Source: Spirochaetaceae bacterium
Lineage (GTDB): Bacteria; Spirochaetota; Spirochaetia; DSM-2461
Length of the DNA: 64,000 bases
Direction of reading: 5' to 3'
Assembly (NCBI GenBank): GCA_965224705.1
Contig: OZ245056.1
Span: 2,016,001-2,080,000, forward strand
A program made the position numbers and the translations under genes. This document shows, piece after piece, positions 20,613 to 28,543 of this stretch. The notes beneath the pieces were generated by a model. That model ran no database searches and had not been told where the DNA came from. It was given only the letters and a program-made list of their open reading frames with translations. Positions within the stretch are counted from its first letter, which is position 1. The number at the start of each line of letters is the position of its first letter.

Positions 20613-22217
20613 ATGGCAAAGAAAAAAATAATTCTATTCGATACCACACTGAGAGATGGGGGCCAGACCCGCGGCGTTAATTTCTCGATTGAAGACAAAA
20701 TAAAGCTCACTCGAGAATTCGATGAGCTGGGATTTGAATATATTGAAGGCGGATGGCCAGGATCCAATCCAAAAGATATTCAGTTCTTCAAGGAAATGCG
20801 AAAGATTTCTTTGAAGAACTCCAAACTTACCTCTTTTTCATCGACACGTCTAAAAAATACTGAAGTTAATCAGGATGCAATCCTCGCAGAACTGCTCAAA
20901 GCAGAAACTTCTGTGTTCACAATATTCGGAAAATCCTGGGATCTTCATGTCTCTGATTCCCTTGGAACTTCGCTGGAAGAGAATCTGGATATGATTTATT
21001 CCACAATCGCCTATCTTAAGCCTCGGGGCGAGGAAGTCGTCTATGATGCTGAACATTATTTTGATGGCTATCGGGCCAATCCTGACTATGCAATTAAAAC
21101 ACTGAAAGCTGCTGCGGATGCTGGAGCAGACTGGATAGTCCTTGCGGACACGAATGGAGGTTCTCTGCCGGAACAGGTAAGAGAAGCTGTAATCGCAGCC
21201 AGAAATTCTGTGGATAAGAAACTGGGAATACACACTCATGATGACGGCGATCTCTCTCTGGCAAATACTCTTGTTGCCGTGGAATTGGGATGCACTATGG
21301 TTCAGGGTACCATAAACGGGTTAGGGGAACGCTGCGGTAATGCCAACCTGTGCAGTGTTATACCCACCCTGTCGTTCAAACTTGGATATGAAACTCTGAC
21401 CCATGAAAATATTGCCAGACTGACTCCATTAAGCCGACTTGTTTCTGAACTCTCAAACAAACCCCATCAGGACAGTCTTCCCTATGTCGGGGAGAGAGCA
21501 TTCACGCATAAGGGCGGAATCCATGTTTCCGCCATACGAAAAAATCCGAAACTTTATGAGCATGTTGTACCTGAGATCGTGGGTAATCATCGCTATGTCC
21601 CGGTGAGTGATCAAGCCGGGAAATCCAACATTCTGGAGAAAATTCGTGAACTGAAAATGGATGTTGAAGATGTCCATGCCAGGTCAATAGTGTCAGAAAT
21701 CAAAGAACTGGAGGCCAGAGGGTATCATTTTGAAGGTGCCGATGCATCATTTGAACTTCTATCCGATCTGGTAAGCGGAAAACGTAAGAACTATTTTACA
21801 GTTCATGGTTTCCGTGTTCACTCATGGGAAAATGAGAAGGGGGATATCTGGTCTGAAGCCACAATAAAGGTATCGGTTCCCGAAGAGGTTGCCGGGAAAC
21901 AGGGAAAAGATTCCTTCTGGGAGCATACGGCCGGTGAGGGAGCAGGTCCAGTAGAAGCAATGGACAGGGCTCTGCATCGGGCATTGGAAACGTTCTATCC
22001 AGTACTGTCAAGTATCAGACTGACCGATTTCAAGGTAAGAATACTGGATGAAGAAGCTGGCACCAAAGCCATCACCAGAGTACTGATTACATGTACAGAC
22101 AATGACAGACATTGGAGTACTGTGGGAGTCTCGGAAAACATCATTGAAGCTTCATGGAGGGCTCTGGTGGAATCCATGGAGTATAAATTGAAAAAAGAAG
22201 AGGAGGCAAAATCATGA
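20613..22217 (+). CDS. cimA: Citramalate synthase (LeuA-related)
   Basis: DTTLRDGGQ, IEGGWPGSNPKD, YDAEHYFDGY, HKGGIHVSA, FEGADASFELL, WSTVGVSENIIEASW. Confidence 0.9.
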   Translation: MAKKKIILFDTTLRDGGQTRGVNFSIEDKIKLTREFDELGFEYIEGGWPGSNPKDIQFFKEMRKISLKNSKLTSFSSTRLKNTEVNQDAILAELLKAETSVFTIFGKSWDLHVSDSLGTSLEENLDMIYSTIAYLKPRGEEVVYDAEHYFDGYRANPDYAIKTLKAAADAGADWIVLADTNGGSLPEQVREAVIAARNSVDKKLGIHTHDDGDLSLANTLVAVELGCTMVQGTINGLGERCGNANLCSVIPTLSFKLGYETLTHENIARLTPLSRLVSELSNKPHQDSLPYVGERAFTHKGGIHVSAIRKNPKLYEHVVPEIVGNHRYVPVSDQAGKSNILEKIRELKMDVEDVHARSIVSEIKELEARGYHFEGADASFELLSDLVSGKRKNYFTVHGFRVHSWENEKGDIWSEATIKVSVPEEVAGKQGKDSFWEHTAGEGAGPVEAMDRALHRALETFYPVLSSIRLTDFKVRILDEEAGTKAITRVLITCTDNDRHWSTVGVSENIIEASWRALVESMEYKLKKEEEAKS

Positions 22218-23761
22218 GTGAGGCAAGGAAAATAACAATCTTTGACACAACATTGAGAGATGGGGAACAATCTCCGGGCGCATCAATGACCGTTGAGCAG
22301 AAAATAGAAATGGCCATAGCCCTGGATAATCTGGGTGTGGACAGGATTGAAGCCGGATTCCCTGTTTCATCACCCGTTCAATTTGAAGCGGTAAAACGCA
22401 TTGGCGAAGTCGTTAAAAACGCCACTGTTGTTGGATTGGCAAGATGTAAGAAATCCGATATCAACGCTGTAAGAGATTCTCTGGCCGACTGTACCGGGAA
22501 AATGATTCATGTATTCATAGCCACCAGTCCTCTGCACATGGAGCACAAGTTAAGAATGAGCAGGGAAGAAGTTCTTGCTTCAATACAGGAGCATGTTTCC
22601 TACGCTCGGGAACAGGGCTTTGATTTGATTGAATTCTCACCGGAGGATGCTTCCCGCTCTGAGTGGGATTTCATGGTGGAAGCCCTCAAAACTGCCGTCG
22701 CTGCCGGGGCAAATACTTTGAATATCCCGGATACGGTAGGGTATGCCATGCCCGGCGAATACGGTGCCCGAATGGCCGCTCTCCGAGATGCGATCCCGGA
22801 ATTGGGCAATGGAGTCATGCTGTCAGCCCATTGTCATAATGACCTTGGACTGGCTGTGGCCAATTCCCTCGCAGCCATTGAATCCGGAACCGAACAGATT
22901 GAGGTCACACTGAATGGTATTGGTGAACGGGCGGGAAACGCCTCTTTAGAAGAACTGGTGATGGCACTCCACGTTCGCCAGGATATATGGAACATTAAAA
23001 CTTCTATTCAGCACAAATACCTCTACCCTGCCAGCAAACTTCTGCAAAACATCACGGGTTTGATAATCCATAGAAACAAGCCTGTCTTTGGAGACAATGT
23101 TTTCAGTCATGAATCAGGTATACATCAGCATGGTGTTATCAAGCACAGGGAAACCTACGAAATCATGGATCCTGAACATATTGGGAGGAGTCGAGAATCT
23201 TTGATTATGGGCCGACACTCAGGAAAAGCAGCATTGAAGGAGAAACTTGTACGATACAAAATAACTCTCACCGAGGATCAGATGAATACCCTTTATAAGA
23301 AATTCACCGTCATTGCCGACAAGAAGAAGGAAGTCTACGATGAAGATCTTTTTACCCTTGTGTCCGATGTTTTAGATGTCATGCCAACTGGTTGGCAACT
23401 GAAATCCTTTCAAACCTGGACGGGAAACAAGGTTATTCCTTCCGCTACTGTGGAATTGATCAAAGATGGCCAGCGAGAACTTGGGAATCAAACCGGCGAT
23501 GGTCCAATTGATGCTGTTTTCAAATCTATCGACCAATGCACTGGAACTTCAGGCCGACTGTCGGAATACATTATTCAGGCCGTAGGAAGCGGCAAGGATG
23601 CCCAGGGACAGGTAAAACTGCAGGTGGATTTTGATGGCATCCTCATCGATGGCAAAGCTGTTTCCACCGACATCATAGAGGCCTCTGCCCTGGCCTATAT
23701 CAATGCTGTGAACCGCAAAGAGATGCGGGGTGCACCCAGCGTCAGGGTGGAATCTCTGTAG
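22214..23761 (+). CDS. leuA: 2-isopropylmalate synthase
   Basis: DTTLRDGEQSPG, HCHNDLGLAVAN, GIGERAGNA, HESGIHQ, C-terminal GDGPIDA regulatory domain. Confidence 0.95.
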   Translation: MSEARKITIFDTTLRDGEQSPGASMTVEQKIEMAIALDNLGVDRIEAGFPVSSPVQFEAVKRIGEVVKNATVVGLARCKKSDINAVRDSLADCTGKMIHVFIATSPLHMEHKLRMSREEVLASIQEHVSYAREQGFDLIEFSPEDASRSEWDFMVEALKTAVAAGANTLNIPDTVGYAMPGEYGARMAALRDAIPELGNGVMLSAHCHNDLGLAVANSLAAIESGTEQIEVTLNGIGERAGNASLEELVMALHVRQDIWNIKTSIQHKYLYPASKLLQNITGLIIHRNKPVFGDNVFSHESGIHQHGVIKHRETYEIMDPEHIGRSRESLIMGRHSGKAALKEKLVRYKITLTEDQMNTLYKKFTVIADKKKEVYDEDLFTLVSDVLDVMPTGWQLKSFQTWTGNKVIPSATVELIKDGQRELGNQTGDGPIDAVFKSIDQCTGTSGRLSEYIIQAVGSGKDAQGQVKLQVDFDGILIDGKAVSTDIIEASALAYINAVNRKEMRGAPSVRVESL

Positions 23762-23771
23762 CATGTTTATG

Positions 23772-23826
23772 GTGTCAGAAAGCTCTTAAAGTCCGACAGA
23801 CTCCCCGGAGCCTGTCGGACACTCCG
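23772..23826. repeat. Composite of MITE ends: family A TIR plus family B right end-CC-left end, forming a hairpin after leuA
   Basis: GTGTCAGAAAGCT + CTTAAAGTCCGACAGACTCC-CC-GGAGCCTGTCGGAC + ACTCCG. Confidence 0.75.
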
Positions 23827-23972
23827 GCAGCAATAGCAGTTAGTACCGGAGTTAATCTGCATTTCTCATAGATAAAACAAAAAGATTTCTTATATGATAA
23901 ATTATTATTAGATAAACAATTAACCTGTCAAAAGGAGGGCCTTTTATGAACACAGAGTGTACTCCAAAAAGG

Positions 23973-24995
23973 CTAAATGGTTTTCCTTAGAGGTGCCCTC
24001 ATTGCATACAACTTGAGGAGGGCCCATGTCAGAAAACCGGAATGGATCTCCCATGAATCCTTTCCATAACCTCCCGCCATTAACCAGGCTGATGGCAGTC
24101 CGTTGGATTCAAGGAAGCTGTAAACCAATTGATCTCTCTCCAATAATTGTTCCCGGCTGAGATTCAGAAGAGATGTTGATGGCAGTTCATCCTTTTCCCA
24201 GGGATCAGATCCTGCAAGAACAACGGCAAAATCGGCCGTATAATCTTCCTTTAGCCGTTTCAGAGCTGCTTCCAGCCTGTCGAGATAGGAATTCTCGTCA
24301 CCACTTTCAATGGGAATATCAATGTCGCCCGGTATGTATGAAGGATGATTTTTTGGCAGAGATCCATCTATAGGCCATCCCCTGGTCATATGGATGCTGA
24401 ATGTGGTAACCCGGGAATCATCTTTGAAAATGGCGGCCGTACCATCACCTTTATGAGCATCAAGATCAATAATCCAGGCCCTTTGAATTTTTTTTTCACT
24501 TATAAGTTTACTGACGGCCAATGCACTGTCATTCAAGGGACAGAACCCATGACCGAAATCCCAGTGTCCATGGTGGGTTCCACCGCCAAGGAAATGACAA
24601 AAACCTGATTCCAAAGCAATCCTTCCGGCGTTATATGCTCCTGAAATCATTTTTAGAAGCTGGGGCATCATATATCTCAGGGGCTTTTCTGCGTCTTCGG
24701 GTACCCATCGATTGTAGCTGCCATCCTTGTTGACCAACTCATAAGCGGTGATCAACTGATGATTAACTTTTTCATTGAAGAAACCATCTATGTAATCTCT
24801 GGAGTGGGCGAGGGATAAGTCTTCCCGGGAAAGCAGGATATCAATTCCTTCCCGATACCATTCAGATTTTCTCTCAGCAAGTTCCGGGTGAGTAGTTAAT
24901 GAATCCAACGTCCGGGTTTTACGTGAATCCAGGGCAGGAATTTTTATTCCGAATCGGAGAAAATCAAGAAGGGCACTGGAGTCAGAAAGTACCAT
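23973..24995 (-). CDS. Histone deacetylase-family (Zn-dependent) amidohydrolase
   Basis: GGTHH, GFCPLND, DLDAHKGDGT, AGSDP, AGGY. Confidence 0.92.
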   Translation of the reverse strand: MVLSDSSALLDFLRFGIKIPALDSRKTRTLDSLTTHPELAERKSEWYREGIDILLSREDLSLAHSRDYIDGFFNEKVNHQLITAYELVNKDGSYNRWVPEDAEKPLRYMMPQLLKMISGAYNAGRIALESGFCHFLGGGTHHGHWDFGHGFCPLNDSALAVSKLISEKKIQRAWIIDLDAHKGDGTAAIFKDDSRVTTFSIHMTRGWPIDGSLPKNHPSYIPGDIDIPIESGDENSYLDRLEAALKRLKEDYTADFAVVLAGSDPWEKDELPSTSLLNLSREQLLERDQLVYSFLESNGLPSAWLMAGGYGKDSWEIHSGFLTWALLKLYAMRAPLRKTI

Positions 24996-25109
24996 AATAG
25001 TATTATGGTGGAGATTTTGTAATACATCAAGTGAATCCGGTCAGGGCAATCGCATCTAATTCTATCCCTAAAAGAATGAAAAACACTGATTTGAGGGGAG
25101 CGATAGAGC

Positions 25110-25477
25110 TTTATGAAAGCCCTGAAACCATTATCCAGCTCTACCATGATCGGGGCAGCAGCGAGCAGTTTCATCGCGAACTTAAAAGTGATGTGGCTTT
25201 TGGGCGATTCCCTTCCGGGGAAATTCGTCTACCATGCAAACCAATGGATTTTTGCTTGTGGGAACATGATCCCTGGAGTCTGTCGGACTTACGCCTCACG
25301 GCTCGATTTTTGCCCTTTTTCCCTGCTGCTGCGTTGCCAAAATACTCACGTAGCCCAGCTACGCTCCGTTTTTGTCGCCTTGCATCAGGGAAAAATCATC
25401 AAAAATCGCCTCGAAGTCTTAAAGTCCGACAGACTCCCTGGTATCCGATATTCAGGGAAATCTTCCTCTCTTTGTAG
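25110..25477 (+). pseudogene. IS1380-family transposase remnant, internally deleted and interrupted by a MITE
   Basis: IIQLYHDRGSSEQFHRELKSD...RFPSG motif; C-terminal DPW|YPIF split by MITE B copy 2. Confidence 0.7.
25275..25437 (+). mobile_element. MITE family B, copy 2
   Basis: Perfect TIRs GGAGTCTGTCGGACTT / AAGTCCGACAGACTCC; CCTG/CCCTGG repeated on both flanks. Confidence 0.9.
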
Positions 25478-25651
25478 AAGCACAACGAAGATAACAACCA
25501 TCAGCCTATTTCAGGAAGAGCTCTGTCCGGGGAATCTTACAAAGTCGTACTGTATATGGACAGTTATTGGAGATAAATGTATAATCAACCATTAAAATTT
25601 GTCCTGATAGTTACTCTCCTGTATCATGATTCAGAGGGGAAAGGGGATTGA

Positions 25652-28543
25652 ATGAATCAACAGTCTGGAATCAGTGAATCTGTTCTCTGGGAAAAGCAGT
25701 CTCAGATTCTGAAAGAACTACTTGTTTTGCATGAAAATGCCATGAAAAAGAGACAACTGAAATTCTATTCTCCAATGATGGCGATGTTTCGGAAAATTCA
25801 TTGGGCAGCATCATTCCTCGGCCTGGGTGATTTTGCTGAAATAGCCGCCGGTGGTGCTGTATTGATATCCAGGATCCAGGGAGCCCATTCTACCTGGTCT
25901 GACAGTCATGCCGGTATGATCCGGGCCATTCTCAGCTACTTCACTGCCATGGTCAATCTGAAAAATCATCAGAATGACAGAAATATTCATGAGCTGAATC
26001 CACGAATTCCCAATATGATCCGTGAGTTGAGAACTTTGTTTTTTCAGTATCAGATCAATGTCAGGACCATATCGTTTTGTGCCTCTCTTGAGGCCGCCCA
26101 GGCTGAATCCATTAAGAACGAAGATGAGATTCCTTCCCTGGCCAAAAAGCGTCATAATCCCGATGGTGCACTTACTTTGATTTATTTGGACCTGAGTATT
26201 CAGAATATGAGCTTCATTGCATTGGTCAAAATTCTGGAAGATTCCATCAGAAAATCCAACCTTCTTCTTTACGGGACAATTATTCCTGATTCGGACACAG
26301 TTCAGGGGAAGGAAAAGAAGCAGCTGTTTTACTTATTACTCGACATGGAGGATAGAGGCGGGGAATGGCTCAAGCAGTACTCCATCAATGGACGTGTAGT
26401 AGAGAGATCGAAAGAAATCAGTCGGAAAGCCGTTTCTGCTGAATCGACCGTAGAAACCACCCACGATAAAAAGATTGTACCGGAAGAAATCACAGAAAGA
26501 AATGAAGTGGAATCTGATGTAGTTATTATTGAAAGAAGAAGTTATGATCAACGTTCAAAAATAAGAAAAACATCGAAAGCAGGTAATAAACTCTCCTTTG
26601 ATACTGATGAAGTAAAAGAACTTGAATCTGTCTCAATGAAGAACTCTGCCCGGGAAGCCCGCAGAAATCGTAAAATCCGTAACAAAGATCTCAGAATACG
26701 TTTTACTGTTGGTGCGAAAATGCAATTAATTGTTTCCAGCATTATCATTATATCCATGCTGTCCTTATCCCTTATTGGACTGCATTTCTTTCGATCAGAA
26801 ATCAGTAATCGTATTGAAGATACAAATATATCGCTGGCCAGCCTGGTTGCGAAACAGGCTGGTAGTGAGTTAACGCAGCTCTTTGATTCTGCAAATCTTC
26901 TCTTCCAGATCGGAGCATCAACACAGAATCCTGAAGACTTGATTGATGGTTTCTTTGCGAATTTCCAACCCCTTGCCTATGTCGGTATTTCAGGAAATGA
27001 AATTGGATTTTTTAATCGGATCTGGTTCAGCGAGAACCGCATCCTCAATGAAAATGCCATCCTGCAAAGTATCATGAATATTCGTGGTAAGGATCTATTG
27101 AGGGCCAAAAATGGTGAAACAGTCATTATCAATGTATCTCCTCTCATCCCCAACCTGGAAACTCCGGTGCTGGCCATGTCAGCTCCTTATCTTCTGGGAA
27201 CACAGCAGGAAGCCCTGATCATATTGGTGGATATTGGGGAAGGATTAGCTGAAAGTGTTAAAATGCAGAGCGATATAGCCACCACAATCATTATCAATGC
27301 TGAGGGAGAGATTCTGGTCCACCCGGATTATTCTCATATCTTTGGCGGAGGTGTTGTCAAGGATTCTCCGGTGTATACCAGGATGTATTCCCAGGGTGCT
27401 ACAAAGGGACAGATAAGATTTACGGAGGAATTAGATAATGAGTCTGTTACCACGATCGGTTCATTCTCCATTATACCCATTGGAAATCTTGGTGTTGTAT
27501 CAACCGTACTGGAGAAAGATGCGTTTGGAGCTGTTGAAAGAATTCAGAGGCTCAATCTCACTTTGCTGGGCTCTATACTGAGCCTATCAATTCTGGGGGT
27601 GTATTTCTTTGCTCAGAGTCTTTCCATCCCTCTCAAGGAACTGACCCTTGCGACTCGAATGATTAAAGCAAGGAACTATGCCATAAGATTGAAGACCCAT
27701 ACCACCGATGAAGTTGGCCAGCTCACCAGACATTTCCTCAGTATGATTCCAGTTCTGGAGAGGGTTGAGAGACTTCAAACTAAAACCAGTCATTTCATCA
27801 ATCCGCAGGTAGCTAAAATGATAGCGGATGATGTGTTGCCTGAAGAAGCAGAAACAAAAAATGTTACTGTTTTCTTTTCAGACATACGGAATTTCACCTC
27901 CATGAGTGAGCAGATGGGGGATCCCCAATTGGTATTGGATAATCTTTCGGAGTACTTCAAAACTGTTGTTCAGTGTATTGAACGAACAGACGGAACAGTG
28001 GATAAGTACATCGGGGATGCCGTAATGGCTGTTTGGGGGAGTATGAAAGACCTACCGAATAATGCTGAGAGTGCTATCAATGGTGCATTGAATATACGGA
28101 ATGCATTGATTGATTTCAACAAGAATAGGGGTTCTGTTGCATACCCAATTTTCCAGGTAGGGTGTGGGTTGAACAGCGGCCCTGCCACTGTGGGTATTAT
28201 GGGCGGCGGATCTTCAAAAGAAGAGTGGGCTCATATGGGGGATACTGTCAACATTGCCAGCCGTGTCGAGGCACTGAATAAAGCTATGGGTACTGATATC
28301 TTGATTACTGAGATGACATCGGATTTAGTGAAGGGGATATACGATCTGGTTCCAATGAGGAAAATCAAAGTTAAGGGTAAAGAAGCTCCTCTGAAGATTT
28401 ATGCTGTTCTCGGTCGTCTTGACAATGATAGAAGACCGAAATCCCTGGCGGAATTGCGTACTTTATTGGGACTCAAGGGTGATTTCAATCAGGCCGCTTC
28501 CAAGGAGGAACATGAAATTAAGTACGAGATCCTTAGTTCGTAA
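25652..28543 (+). CDS. Class III adenylate/guanylate cyclase (N-terminal cytoplasmic extension, TM-Cache-TM, HAMP, cyclase)
   Basis: VFFSDIRNFT, VDKYIGDAVMA, GLNSG, GDTVNIASRVE, VKGK; HAMP motif DEVGQL. Confidence 0.92.
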   Translation: MNQQSGISESVLWEKQSQILKELLVLHENAMKKRQLKFYSPMMAMFRKIHWAASFLGLGDFAEIAAGGAVLISRIQGAHSTWSDSHAGMIRAILSYFTAMVNLKNHQNDRNIHELNPRIPNMIRELRTLFFQYQINVRTISFCASLEAAQAESIKNEDEIPSLAKKRHNPDGALTLIYLDLSIQNMSFIALVKILEDSIRKSNLLLYGTIIPDSDTVQGKEKKQLFYLLLDMEDRGGEWLKQYSINGRVVERSKEISRKAVSAESTVETTHDKKIVPEEITERNEVESDVVIIERRSYDQRSKIRKTSKAGNKLSFDTDEVKELESVSMKNSAREARRNRKIRNKDLRIRFTVGAKMQLIVSSIIIISMLSLSLIGLHFFRSEISNRIEDTNISLASLVAKQAGSELTQLFDSANLLFQIGASTQNPEDLIDGFFANFQPLAYVGISGNEIGFFNRIWFSENRILNENAILQSIMNIRGKDLLRAKNGETVIINVSPLIPNLETPVLAMSAPYLLGTQQEALIILVDIGEGLAESVKMQSDIATTIIINAEGEILVHPDYSHIFGGGVVKDSPVYTRMYSQGATKGQIRFTEELDNESVTTIGSFSIIPIGNLGVVSTVLEKDAFGAVERIQRLNLTLLGSILSLSILGVYFFAQSLSIPLKELTLATRMIKARNYAIRLKTHTTDEVGQLTRHFLSMIPVLERVERLQTKTSHFINPQVAKMIADDVLPEEAETKNVTVFFSDIRNFTSMSEQMGDPQLVLDNLSEYFKTVVQCIERTDGTVDKYIGDAVMAVWGSMKDLPNNAESAINGALNIRNALIDFNKNRGSVAYPIFQVGCGLNSGPATVGIMGGGSSKEEWAHMGDTVNIASRVEALNKAMGTDILITEMTSDLVKGIYDLVPMRKIKVKGKEAPLKIYAVLGRLDNDRRPKSLAELRTLLGLKGDFNQAASKEEHEIKYEILSS

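Noticed and set aside
25031..25595. 148-aa and 160-aa ORFs sharing peptides with ORFs at 9189-9492
   Set aside because: The shared sequence is the MITE read in frame, not a protein family.
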